Source of the DNA: Clostridiaceae bacterium
GTDB taxonomy: Bacteria; Bacillota; Clostridia; CAYPLH01; DUMO01
Assembly: GCA_012839865.1 (NCBI GenBank)
Contig: DUMO01000045.1
Location: forward strand, 44,355-64,354
Direction of reading: 5' to 3'
DNA: 20,000 nt
The notes beneath the pieces were generated by a model, which saw only the letters and a list, made by a program, of their open reading frames with translations, made no database searches and was not told the DNA's origin. Both the position numbers and the translations under genes were made by a program. Position 1 is the first letter of the stretch, and every line of letters starts with the position of its first letter. This document shows positions 7,834 through 17,185 of this stretch, in pieces.

Positions 7834-8643
7834 TTAAACTGTGTTAATTGTGTTCATTGTGTTCATTTCCCTGTATTTTTTGGGTGTAGTACCGGTATAT
7901 TTTAAAAACAGGCGGTTGAAGGTTCTTATTGAATTGAACCCGGTGCTGTAAGCTATATCAGTAATGCTCCTGTCCTCACTGATAAGAAGCCTGCAGGCTT
8001 TGGATATTCTAAGAGTTCCTATGTACTCTGTAAAACTCATTCGAAGTTTTTCCGAAAAAAGGCGCGAAATATGATATCTGCTAATATGCAGGGCTTTTGA
8101 TACTTTTTCGAGATTTATATCCCTGGTGTAATTTTCGGAACAATAATTCAATAGTGCCAGAACAGTATTGGAATCCGGTGATTTCGAATCTTTAAACTCC
8201 ATCATCCGGAACAGTTCAGAGAGCAATATCAAAAAATATCCTTTTATACATATGTGATATAAAGGTCCTTTCTGCATGTTGATTTCAACTATACTTTCAG
8301 CAATTGAAAGCAACTTGCCGTTTATTAGAGCATTTTTTATAATCGGCGAAACAGGAATCTTGCCTGAAAACACATTTTGGAACTCAGGACATAGTTCCGG
8401 CGGGAAGATACTTATAAAATATCTCTCAGTATCAATTTTTTGATATTGATGTATTTGATTGGGGAAGATAATAAAAGCATCTCCCGCATTGGCAATATAT
8501 TCATTTGAATCAACAATCAGCCTGGTCCTGCCTTCCAGCATTAATACCAGTTCGATATGATTATGGAGATGCGCACCAAAGGCCAGGCTTTTTCCAAAAT
8601 ATGCATATATAGATGAAGCCTTGTTCTCATAAAAAAACTTCAT
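7834..8643 (-). CDS. AraC-family transcriptional regulator
   Basis: N-terminal cupin 'HLHNHIEL...IFPNQIHQY'. C-terminal double HTH 'ITDIAYSTGFNSIRTFNRLFLKYTGTTPKKYR'. Confidence 0.95.
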   Translation of the reverse strand: MKFFYENKASSIYAYFGKSLAFGAHLHNHIELVLMLEGRTRLIVDSNEYIANAGDAFIIFPNQIHQYQKIDTERYFISIFPPELCPEFQNVFSGKIPVSPIIKNALINGKLLSIAESIVEINMQKGPLYHICIKGYFLILLSELFRMMEFKDSKSPDSNTVLALLNYCSENYTRDINLEKVSKALHISRYHISRLFSEKLRMSFTEYIGTLRISKACRLLISEDRSITDIAYSTGFNSIRTFNRLFLKYTGTTPKKYREMNTMNTINTV

Positions 8644-8778
8644 ACAAGTTTAGAGTTCAATTAATTTTGTCTTAAAGCCGTGAACTCCATAGCACCTGCC
8701 TTCCTGAAATATTAGCTTTCTGAAGCTATGCTTATGAAAAAAACAGCAATATTTGTCTTGATTTTGTTTCTTTTTAAC

Positions 8779-8807
8779 TTGTATCGTAACACTATATGAC
8801 TTAAAAT
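8779..8807 (+). promoter_or_regulatory. Putative sigma-A promoter of the TIM-barrel gene
   Basis: TTGTAT-17 bp-TAAAAT in the divergent intergenic region. Confidence 0.45.
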
Positions 8808-8949
8808 GCAATTGTAAACATGGGTTTTCAGCAATTTTCGCAAACTGCTTTTATACATGCAGAATACATACAGTAAAGCCTTTTCACAAGCATGGAAAGC
8901 AAAAGCCAAAGGAAGTTTTTCCGGAATATTAAGATGGGAGGAATCAGTC

Positions 8950-9768
8950 ATGAAATTTCCAATTGCACTACAGGTATATTCTGTCAGGGACGTATTAGAA
9001 AAGGATTTTTTCGGAACACTGCACAAGGTAAAGGAGCTTGGCTACGATGGGGTTGAGTTTGCGGGCCTTTACGGGAACAAGCCTCAGGAAATCGGCAAAT
9101 TTTTAAAAAGTATCGGACTCATCCCATTATCGGCACATGTACCTTTTGTCGACCTCATTGCCGACCCGAAGAAAGTTGTCAGTGAATATGCTGAAATTGG
9201 CTGCAGCTACATAGCAATACCATACCTTACACCTGAATATCGTCCAAATGCTGAAAAATTCAATGAAGTTATCAAAGGTGCGGAGATCATTGGCAAGGCT
9301 GCCTCAGAAGCAGGTTTAACACTACTGTACCACAACCATGATTTTGAATTTGACAAGATAAACGGCAAGTATGCATTGGATGTTTTGTATGAAAGTGTAC
9401 CTTGTGAGCTTTTAAAAACTCAGATTGATACATGTTGGGTAAATGTCGGCGGAGAAAATCCGGCAGATTATATAAGAAAGTATTCCGGCCGCGCTCCTGT
9501 TGTCCATTTGAAGGACTTCGTCATGCCCGGGAGGAAACCTGCAAAAATGTATAATCTCATAGGAATTGATGAAGATAAAAATGACACTGAAACTACAGCC
9601 TTTGAATTCCGTCCTTTAGGGCATGGTGTGCAAAACTTCCCTGAAATTTTAAAAGCATGTGAGGATGCAGGCACACAATGGGTTGTTGTTGAGCAGGACA
9701 AACCGTCCATGGGCAAAACTTCAATGGAGTGTGCAAAAATCAGTATTGATTATTTAAAAAATCTTTAA
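8950..9768 (+). CDS. Sugar phosphate isomerase/epimerase family (xylose-isomerase-like TIM barrel, AP_endonuc_2)
   Basis: 'LQVYSVR', 'GYDGVEFAG', 'YHNHDFEF', 'QIDTCW', 'HLKD' and 'VVEQD' metal-ligand motifs. GGAGG RBS before ATG 8950. Confidence 0.88.
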   Translation: MKFPIALQVYSVRDVLEKDFFGTLHKVKELGYDGVEFAGLYGNKPQEIGKFLKSIGLIPLSAHVPFVDLIADPKKVVSEYAEIGCSYIAIPYLTPEYRPNAEKFNEVIKGAEIIGKAASEAGLTLLYHNHDFEFDKINGKYALDVLYESVPCELLKTQIDTCWVNVGGENPADYIRKYSGRAPVVHLKDFVMPGRKPAKMYNLIGIDEDKNDTETTAFEFRPLGHGVQNFPEILKACEDAGTQWVVVEQDKPSMGKTSMECAKISIDYLKNL

Positions 9769-9802
9769 TAATTCGCTTGTTACCACACCTTTTATCATAC
9801 AA

Positions 9803-9824
9803 CCCCTGCTGCAAAAGGCAGGGG
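9803..9824. terminator. Intrinsic terminator between convergent genes
   Basis: GC-rich stem CCCCTGCT-GCAAAA-GGCAGGGG followed by a T-rich run. Confidence 0.65.
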
Positions 9825-9830
9825 CTTCTT

Positions 9831-10892
9831 CTATTTTATACTTCGCAAACCTGATTTCATAGCCAGCATCCTGAGGAACGAATTATACATAAACGGTGAT
9901 TTTAAATTTTTCCAAAGTATATTAAGCTTAATATTACTCATCTTCTCTTTATATCTTTCCAGAAATCCATCTATTCCTTCATTGAGGCTCTGGGCCAGGT
10001 ATAAGGAACTTTTTAAGGCATAGCTTATTCCCTCAGCTGAACTTGGACTAATTGCACCTGCCGCTTCTCCAATTAACGCAATGTTATCTTTACCGGTATA
10101 TAATTGCTTTGTTTTCCTGGTTCTATAAATATATGCACCTTCAGTTTTGATTTTATCATTAAAATTAAAACCCAACTGTGCCAGCTTTCGCTTTAACAAA
10201 TCATACTTTTCTCTTGCATGAGCTCCGGGCTTGAGAGCTGATCCGAGTATCAGATAATTATCCTTCGGAATTATCCAGGAGTAAAAATCACTTATTTCCT
10301 CATCAAAGATTGCCGTATAATATGGCATAAGATCTGAATATTCAAACCATTCCTGGATTGCAATATACTTTTCAGGACTGTTTGCATTCCCGCTAATGCA
10401 TTTTCTTATAAGAGAAGATGCACCATCGGCACCTATTATGACTCTCGCCCTTGCAAGGATTTCTTGCCTGTTGTTGGTATATTTAACTTCATATCCTCCA
10501 GGTATTTTTGACAGACCCTTAAAAACAGAATTCAATTTTATTTCAATACTGTCCGGCAATTTAGAAACCAGCCATCTGTCAAATCTATCTCTATCCATGT
10601 TGAAATAGAATCTCTGGTACAGCCTTTCCAGATTATTGGTGAGGTCAATTGTTCTTACCGCAAAAAGCTGTGGATCAACCAGAATATCCTTGGGTATTCC
10701 CAATCCGAGCCTGGCAATTATCTTTTGTGCATCCGGCGCCAATAAACCGCCGCAGCACTTGCTGATGCAATGTCCGGAATTCTCTTTTCCCAAATCCCGT
10801 TTTTCGATTAAAAGAATCTTATATTTATCTCCAATAAGCCGTGCAAGGTTGGCACCAGCCGGTCCTGCCCCGACAATTACAATATCATACAT
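9831..10892 (-). CDS. cbrA: CbrA-like FAD-dependent oxidoreductase (geranylgeranyl-reductase superfamily)
   Basis: 'VIVGAGPAG', 'CCGGLLAPDAQ', 'DPQLFAVRTID', 'GADGASS' and 'IGEAAGAISPSSAEGISYAL' parallel E. coli CbrA/YidS as recalled. GAGGTG RBS before ATG 10892. Confidence 0.75.
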   Translation of the reverse strand: MYDIVIVGAGPAGANLARLIGDKYKILLIEKRDLGKENSGHCISKCCGGLLAPDAQKIIARLGLGIPKDILVDPQLFAVRTIDLTNNLERLYQRFYFNMDRDRFDRWLVSKLPDSIEIKLNSVFKGLSKIPGGYEVKYTNNRQEILARARVIIGADGASSLIRKCISGNANSPEKYIAIQEWFEYSDLMPYYTAIFDEEISDFYSWIIPKDNYLILGSALKPGAHAREKYDLLKRKLAQLGFNFNDKIKTEGAYIYRTRKTKQLYTGKDNIALIGEAAGAISPSSAEGISYALKSSLYLAQSLNEGIDGFLERYKEKMSNIKLNILWKNLKSPFMYNSFLRMLAMKSGLRSIK

Positions 10893-11024
10893 AAATACAC
10901 CTCGCAGATACAACTGCTTTTATACTATACCATACCTTAAGCGGTTTCCATCATTTCCTCTGCATAATAACTCACGAACCCCTGAAAAACCTTAAACAAG
11001 GCAGGGCATTTCTCTTGCCGTTCA

Positions 11025-12071
11025 TTACTCCAGTAAAATATCACCGGCAGTAATAATACTATTGTATTGAAACAATTCGGCCTTAATGCATCGTGTATCT
11101 GCCGGAACAGGTTCTTCAATGATACAAGCCTTCAGTTGCAAACCCAAAACACCAAAAGGTTTGTCGGGGCGACATATAAATCCTGTAGCAGTGGCACTGT
11201 TTCCTCTTGCAGGTTTGGAATCAAGATACCTTTCAGTATAAAAATTAAGTGAAATACCTTCCTCGCATTCATACTCGATAACAGGCAAATACATTCCTCT
11301 GGGGCAAATTTGTGAAAAATTCCTGATAATATTTGCTTTGGCTTTATCAAATTCCTCCGGAGCCATTTTCTCTTTTATTTCTGGATTACTGAAGGTTTTT
11401 TCAATTTCTTCCCACATATCCAATAAGTACACCCGGTTTATCTGCACCCAGTGCTTTTCGCCGGTTTTAGAATTGCTGAACCATATTTTTTCGGGATATT
11501 CACCGTTAATGGTTAAATCGACCGGCTGCTCCACAAGATTGGCAGTACTGCAAGGTCCGATATTAAAACGTATCGGAGGATTATCTCCGAAAGCCGGTAT
11601 TTCTGAGTAATCTCCAACAAGCTCCATGCTGGTGAGAAACAGTTTGTCAATGCTTTGATAATCAATGCCTTCAGGCTTCCAGCCTTTACGCAAAAATTCA
11701 GAGAGCAGCAACACGCATTCAAAATCCTGCACACTGAGTCTTTTGGTTTCAGAACTTTGGCTTTCAAACTTTTCAGTTCCTATACATACGCTTCTGGTCC
11801 ACTGAAAAGGACTTCTTGCATCATTCCTTAGCCTGGCACACAATATTGCACGGTTATTATCAGGTATATCTTCATAATCCAATTCTGTTTCCTCTTCCTC
11901 ATTACTTTGGTGAAACACCTCATCATACTGAAGAACAAGAAGCCGCAATTCCCTGCCATAACGAACCACACCCATTACATGGCAGATAACTCCGTCCACT
12001 TCTGTATTCTTTCCGATTACTTTGATTTCTTCAATGAGTGATAATAAATGATTCAAATGCCGTATATTCAT
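11025..12071 (-). CDS. Hypothetical protein (348 aa)
   Basis: Long ORF with a GGAGG RBS before ATG 12071. No motif recognised. Confidence 0.75.
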   Translation of the reverse strand: MNIRHLNHLLSLIEEIKVIGKNTEVDGVICHVMGVVRYGRELRLLVLQYDEVFHQSNEEEETELDYEDIPDNNRAILCARLRNDARSPFQWTRSVCIGTEKFESQSSETKRLSVQDFECVLLLSEFLRKGWKPEGIDYQSIDKLFLTSMELVGDYSEIPAFGDNPPIRFNIGPCSTANLVEQPVDLTINGEYPEKIWFSNSKTGEKHWVQINRVYLLDMWEEIEKTFSNPEIKEKMAPEEFDKAKANIIRNFSQICPRGMYLPVIEYECEEGISLNFYTERYLDSKPARGNSATATGFICRPDKPFGVLGLQLKACIIEEPVPADTRCIKAELFQYNSIITAGDILLE

Positions 12072-12346
12072 AAAATCCTCCGTAAAATGCATGTCAATGC
12101 TTCCCCTGTCAAAACAAAAGCAATAACTTTAATAAGCTTTCATAAGTACATTATGCCAAACCTTCAGGGTTAATGTCCATATATCATTTCATTATTCCTA
12201 TTTCATAAACAATCAGCTCTACTACGGTCTGCAGTCAGGTCCGCATCCGATCCACATTTATGGACTATTGGCAGGAATTGTGATATTATAAAAAGTAAAT
12301 AATAATGAATAGGTGCTTTTGATGGGCTTTTTGGTTTTAGATAAAA

Positions 12347-12652
12347 ATGAACGAGAAAAAAATTTCCCAACAAGCTGCAGAAAAGGCAATAAAAGCTTTT
12401 TTATACTCAAAGGGCGCAGATTTTGTGTGGGGGCACTCGGTTGTTGAATCATGTGTCTCCGCTGCGGAGTATGACAAAAATTTTGTGAACCTGAAAAGTA
12501 CAGCTGCATCCCTGGATAAGTACTATATTCCTACAAGATACCCGGACGGATTGCCGGGTGGGATCCCCTATGAGGCTTATGACAGGGATGATGCTAAGAT
12601 GGCCCTTGATAAATCGAAAAAAATTATTGAGTATGTAAAAAGCGCTATATAG
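12347..12652 (+). pseudogene. N-terminally truncated HEPN-domain protein (MNT-HEPN class)
   Basis: 'SQQAAEKAIKAFL', 'WGHS' and 'LDKYYIPTRYPDGLPGG' are hallmark HEPN motifs. The first helix that normally precedes 'QQAAEK' is missing and there is no clear RBS. Confidence 0.7.
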
Positions 12653-12668
12653 CAAAGGATGAAATAAA

Positions 12669-13346
12669 ATGGAAAGACAAAAAACAGTTTTAAAGATAAT
12701 AGATACCGGACTTATAGCAACAATTCGAACTGATAATGCCGAAACAGCCGAGAGGATTGCATATGCCTGTTTTGAGGGTGGAGTAACCGCCCTTGAGATT
12801 ACCTTCAACGTTCCCGGAGTACAAAATATTATATACAAACTTACCTCCAAATTCGGTTCGGAAGGCAATATAATAGGCGCAGGGACGGTTCTCGACCCTG
12901 AAACCGCCAGAATTGCCATACTGTCAGGCGCCCGGTTTATAGTTGCTCCAAGCCTTAATGCGGAAACAATAAAGCTTTGCAACAGGTACCAGGTGCCATG
13001 CATCCCTGGTGCCATGTCGGTTAAGGAAGTTATTGAATGCATGGAAGCCGGAGCAGATTTAATCAAGATCTTTCCCGGTGAGGTTTGCGGACCAAAAATA
13101 ATAAAGGCAATTCACGGTCCCCTGCCATATGCCCCGCTAATACCCTTCGGAGGAGTCACAACGGATAATGTTGCCGAATGGATCAAAGCAGGTGCCATGG
13201 CAGTGGGGGTTGGCAGCAGTTTGATAAAGGGAGCTGAAACCGGGGACTATAATGCTATCACTTTAACTGCGCGGGAATTTATAAAAAGGATTAAAGAAGC
13301 ACGGGAGACTGGAAGCCCAAAATCAGGTTCAAATCACATTAATTGA
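12669..13346 (+). CDS. eda: KDPG/KHG aldolase
   Basis: 'ALEITF', 'GAGTVLD', 'FIVAP', Schiff-base 'IKIFP', 'PFGGV' and 'VGVGSSL'. Confidence 0.9.
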   Translation: MERQKTVLKIIDTGLIATIRTDNAETAERIAYACFEGGVTALEITFNVPGVQNIIYKLTSKFGSEGNIIGAGTVLDPETARIAILSGARFIVAPSLNAETIKLCNRYQVPCIPGAMSVKEVIECMEAGADLIKIFPGEVCGPKIIKAIHGPLPYAPLIPFGGVTTDNVAEWIKAGAMAVGVGSSLIKGAETGDYNAITLTAREFIKRIKEARETGSPKSGSNHIN

Positions 13347-13371
13347 TGTAAATTGATACGCCTGGGCAGAA

Positions 13372-13436
13372 TAAAGCGTGCTTGCTGCTTCAACAATCTG
13401 AATTAAAGCCACGCTTGCTGCTTCAGCGATCCAAAT
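13372..13436. repeat. Imperfect tandem duplication (~32 bp x2)
   Basis: TAAAGCGTGCTTGCTGCTTCAACAATCTGAAT / TAAAGCCACGCTTGCTGCTTCAGCGATCCAAAT, sharing the core GCTTGCTGCTTCA. Confidence 0.6.
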
Positions 13437-13522
13437 CAACTTTTCCGATTCTTCCCAATTCCCATCGGGCAGTGATTCACATCATGATTATTATGGAGTA
13501 CATGATAATTCCCTTATATTAA

Positions 13523-13554
13523 CAAAGCCGATTCGTTTGTTCGAATCGGCTTTG
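13523..13554 (-). terminator. Intrinsic terminator of the hydrogenase operon
   Basis: Perfect 13-bp stem CAAAGCCGATTCG / CGAATCGGCTTTG with a 6-nt loop, about 46 bp after the hydA stop. Confidence 0.8.
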
Positions 13555-13600
13555 GGGTGTCTGATGCTCCTATTTGGAGAATGGAGCGAGGTGCTGGCAA

Positions 13601-15355
13601 TTATTTAGTTTCGGGATAGTTATCTCTTGCATGATAATGTGTATGCAACAGTTCATGAGCCTTTTCACTACCCGGTTTTTCAAAATACTCGTTGTACATT
13701 TTCTTAACAGCCGGATTCTCATGAGACTTTCTTACATGCATGCTTCTGTCTTCGTCGTAAATAGCTTTTGCTCTCTCACTTCTAAGGTCAATCCAGCTTC
13801 TAACTTCGGAAGGTTGTATCGGTTGTCCTCCGCCGTTTACACAACCGCCCGGACAAGCCATGATTTCTACGAAGTGATATTGCTCTCCGGCTTTAATTCT
13901 TTCAAGAAGCTTTCTTGCATTGCCCAGTCCATGAGCAACTGCGGCTTTCAGTGTAAGAGCGCCGATTCTTATAGAAGCTTCTTTTACTCCCTTGGTACCT
14001 CTAACTTCGTTATATTCAATGCTGTCATCAGGTACTTTCTTACCTGTAATCAACTCTGTTGCGGTTCTTAAAGCAGCTTCCATAACACCGCCTGTAGCTC
14101 CGAAAATAACGCCTGCGCCTGAAGCCTCTCCCATCGGGTCATCAAAATATCTCTCAGGCAGATTGTTGAAATCAATTGCAGCTTCACGAATCATTCTTGC
14201 CAGTTCTCTGGTTGTTAATACTACATCCACATCGGGATAACCGGTGGATGACAGTTCAGGTCTTTGTGCCTCGAATTTCTTGGCTGTGCAAGGCATTATT
14301 GATACCACAAATATCTTGGAGGGATCAATACCCTCTTTTTCAGCATAATAGGATTTCAAAACCGCTCCAAACATTTCATGAGGCGATTTGCATGTTGAAA
14401 GGTTGTCTAAAAACTCCGGATAATTATGTTCGCAGAATTTTATCCAACCAGGGCTGCAGGATGTAATAAGCGGAAGCTTTCCTCCGTTTTTAATCCTGTC
14501 AATAAGCTCGTTTACTTCCTCCATGATAGTCAGGTCTGCTGCTGTATCAGTGTCAAACACCTTTTTGAATCCAAGACGGCGGAGAGCTGCTACCATTTTG
14601 CTTGTAACCCTTGAACCTATAGGCATTCCAAATTCTTCACCAAGAGCAACTCTTACTGCAGGAGCCGTCTGCACGATAACATACTTGTCATTATCAGCCA
14701 GAGCCTGCCATACCTTGTCTGTATCATCCTTTTCTCTTAAAGCACCCACAGGACAAACAGTGATACACTGTCCGCACATTGTACACGGTACTTCATTGAG
14801 AGATTTATTGAATGCGGATGAAACAATTGTTTTAAATCCTCTTTCAGTAGTGTCGATAACTCCTACTTCCTGGACATTCTTGCACATGCTTACACAACGT
14901 CTGCAAAGAACGCACTTGTTAGGATCCCTAACAATGGAAGGGGAAAAATCGTCAAGGGGCAACTTATAAGTTTCACCATCAAAATGGATATCATTAATAT
15001 TCAATTCTTCTGCCAGCTTTTGAAGCTCACAGGTTCTGCTTCTGGTACAAGTCAGGCACTTTCTGTCATGGTTTGACAGTATGAGCTCAAGGGTAACCCT
15101 TCTGGATTCTCTGACAGCAGGAGTCTGGGTGTATATTTCAAGACCCTCGGATACCGGATATACGCAAGCAGCCTGAAGACTTTTAGCTCCTTTTATTTCA
15201 ACAACGCACATTCTGCAAGCTCCAATTTCATTGATGCCTTTCAGGTAGCAAAGAGTCGGGATTTTAATGTTTGCATACTTAGCTGCTTCCAAAACCGTAT
15301 AATTTTTTGGAACTCTGATTTTTCTAGTATCGATAGTTATATTTACCATTTCCAT
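13601..15355 (-). CDS. hydA: [FeFe]-hydrogenase group A catalytic subunit
   Basis: H-cluster motifs L1 'TSCSPGW', L2 'MPCTAKKFE' and L3 'EIMACPGGCVNGGGQP'. N-terminal [2Fe-2S], His-ligated [4Fe-4S] and 2x[4Fe-4S] motifs. Confidence 0.97.
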   Translation of the reverse strand: MEMVNITIDTRKIRVPKNYTVLEAAKYANIKIPTLCYLKGINEIGACRMCVVEIKGAKSLQAACVYPVSEGLEIYTQTPAVRESRRVTLELILSNHDRKCLTCTRSRTCELQKLAEELNINDIHFDGETYKLPLDDFSPSIVRDPNKCVLCRRCVSMCKNVQEVGVIDTTERGFKTIVSSAFNKSLNEVPCTMCGQCITVCPVGALREKDDTDKVWQALADNDKYVIVQTAPAVRVALGEEFGMPIGSRVTSKMVAALRRLGFKKVFDTDTAADLTIMEEVNELIDRIKNGGKLPLITSCSPGWIKFCEHNYPEFLDNLSTCKSPHEMFGAVLKSYYAEKEGIDPSKIFVVSIMPCTAKKFEAQRPELSSTGYPDVDVVLTTRELARMIREAAIDFNNLPERYFDDPMGEASGAGVIFGATGGVMEAALRTATELITGKKVPDDSIEYNEVRGTKGVKEASIRIGALTLKAAVAHGLGNARKLLERIKAGEQYHFVEIMACPGGCVNGGGQPIQPSEVRSWIDLRSERAKAIYDEDRSMHVRKSHENPAVKKMYNEYFEKPGSEKAHELLHTHYHARDNYPETK

Positions 15356-15375
15356 AATTTCTCACTCCCCTTCCT

Positions 15376-17172
15376 TTATACGTTCTTATATATGGCCTTG
15401 AACGGACATTTTTCCATACAAGTGCCACACTTGATACACTTATCCTGATCAATCTTATATGGTTTCTTCTTCTCACCTGTAATACAGCCAATAGGACAGT
15501 TCCTTGCGCAGATTCCGCAACTCTTGCAGGCATCCTCATGAATAACATACCTGGTAATGGATTTGCACACTCCTGCAGGACATGTCTTATCATTAACATG
15601 GGCAAGATACTCATCCTTGAAGTATCTTAAAGTGCTAAGCACGGGGTTTGGAGCAGTCTGTCCAAGTCCGCAAAGAGCAGAAGCCTTTATATTCTTTGCT
15701 AAAACCTCAAGCTTTTCTATATCCTCAAGTGTTCCTTTTCCGTCAGTTATCTTGTTCAGAATTTCAAGCATTCTTTTTGTGCCGATACGGCAAGGCGGAC
15801 ATTTACCGCAGGATTCATCAACCGTGAATTCCAGGAAGAATTTTGCTATATCAACCATACAGGTATCCTGATCCATTACGATCATACCACCGGAACCCAT
15901 CATGGCACCAAGCTGTGTAAGTGAGTCATAATCGATTGGCGTGTCAATGCATTCAGCCGGCACACAACCACCTGACGGTCCTCCCATCTGAACAGCTTTA
16001 AAATTCTTACCTCCCGGTATTCCTCCACCGATGTCGTAAATTACTTCTCTTAAAGTTGTACCCATCGGAATTTCAACCAGACCGGTGTTATTGATCTTGC
16101 CGCCAAGAGCAAATACTTTTGTACCTTTGCTTCTTTCAGTTCCGACAGATGCAAACCATTCAGGACCGTTCAATATAATTTGCGGAATGTTTGCGTATGT
16201 CTCAACGTTATTGAGCAATGTGGGTTTCTGCCACAATCCCTGGTTTGCAGGGAATGGCGGTCTTGGCCTTGGTTCTCCCCTCTTGCCTTCAATTGATGTC
16301 ATAAGTGCAGTTTCCTCACCGCATACAAATGCGCCGGCTCCAAGTCTTAACTCCAGGTCAAAATCAAAGCCTGTCCCAAATATATTTTTACCCAGCAGCC
16401 CAAGTTCCTTGGCCTGGCCGATGGCAATATTAAGTCTTCTTACAGCTATCGGATATTCAGCCCTTACATAAATGTAGCCCTGGTTTGAGCCAATTGCATA
16501 ACCTGCAATTGCCATTGCCTCAATTACCGCGTGGGGATCGCCCTCCAGAATGCTTCTGTCCATAAATGCACCCGGATCGCCTTCATCAGCGTTGCAGCAA
16601 ACATATTTCTGGTCACCCTGTGCACGGGCGGTAAATTCCCATTTCAACCCGGTCGGGAAACCTCCGCCGCCTCTTCCCCTCAGTCCTGAGCGCTTGATTA
16701 TGTCTATTACTTCTCCGGGCTTCATTTCAGTAAGTACTTTACCCAGAGCCCTATAGCCGTCACATGCAATATACTCGTTTATTTCCTCAGGATTAATCAC
16801 ACCACAGTTCTTTAAAACAACCCTGTGTTGTTTCTGGAAGAACTCAACCCCTTCAATGGATACTCTGGACTCTTCCTCCTGACGTGCTTCAATGAGCAGC
16901 CTTTTTACAATTCTTCCTTTAACAAGGTGTTCTTCGACTATTTCCCTGATGTCTTCAACCTTTACCATTGTATACATACAGCCCTCTGGATAAATAACCA
17001 CTATCGGGCCCTTTTCACAAAAGCCAAAACATCCTGTTTTAACGATCTTAACTTCGTTTTCCAGATTGTTTTTTTTCAACTGCTTCTCAAACTCCTCGGT
17101 TAATACCGTAGAGCCTGAAGCCGTACAACCTGTACCTCCGCATATAAGTACGTGAGATCTGAAAATTTGCAT
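15376..17172 (-). CDS. hydB: NADH/FMN-binding (NuoF-like) beta subunit of a bifurcating hydrogenase
   Basis: 'GLRGRGGGGFPTG', 'NADEGDPGAFMD', 'GAGAFVCGEET', 'GGPSGG', 'SCGKCPPCRIG' and C-terminal 2x[4Fe-4S]. GGGGGAG RBS before ATG 17172. Confidence 0.96.
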   Translation of the reverse strand: MQIFRSHVLICGGTGCTASGSTVLTEEFEKQLKKNNLENEVKIVKTGCFGFCEKGPIVVIYPEGCMYTMVKVEDIREIVEEHLVKGRIVKRLLIEARQEEESRVSIEGVEFFQKQHRVVLKNCGVINPEEINEYIACDGYRALGKVLTEMKPGEVIDIIKRSGLRGRGGGGFPTGLKWEFTARAQGDQKYVCCNADEGDPGAFMDRSILEGDPHAVIEAMAIAGYAIGSNQGYIYVRAEYPIAVRRLNIAIGQAKELGLLGKNIFGTGFDFDLELRLGAGAFVCGEETALMTSIEGKRGEPRPRPPFPANQGLWQKPTLLNNVETYANIPQIILNGPEWFASVGTERSKGTKVFALGGKINNTGLVEIPMGTTLREVIYDIGGGIPGGKNFKAVQMGGPSGGCVPAECIDTPIDYDSLTQLGAMMGSGGMIVMDQDTCMVDIAKFFLEFTVDESCGKCPPCRIGTKRMLEILNKITDGKGTLEDIEKLEVLAKNIKASALCGLGQTAPNPVLSTLRYFKDEYLAHVNDKTCPAGVCKSITRYVIHEDACKSCGICARNCPIGCITGEKKKPYKIDQDKCIKCGTCMEKCPFKAIYKNV

Positions 17173-17185
17173 TGGTCTCCCCCCT

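Noticed and set aside
8813..8830. TGTAAACATGGGTTTTCA as a CcpA cre site
   Set aside because: Wrong length and lacks the central CG of the cre consensus.
12150..12290. Start-less plus-strand frame ending ...LQSGPHPIHIYGLLAGIVIL*
   Set aside because: No start codon and no recognisable family; cannot be distinguished from chance without a search.
2286..12650. Interpreting the accessory stretch as one mobile element or a defence island
   Set aside because: No integrase, transposase, att sites or terminal repeats, and housekeeping-type genes are interspersed.
13300..13370. CGCCTGGGC, resembling the 3' end of a ZTP riboswitch
   Set aside because: The 5' GACTGGCG element and P2 stem are absent, and it lies at a gene 3' end rather than in a leader.
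13372..13436. Possible mini-CRISPR
   Set aside because: Only two adjacent, divergent copies, with no spacer and no cas genes.
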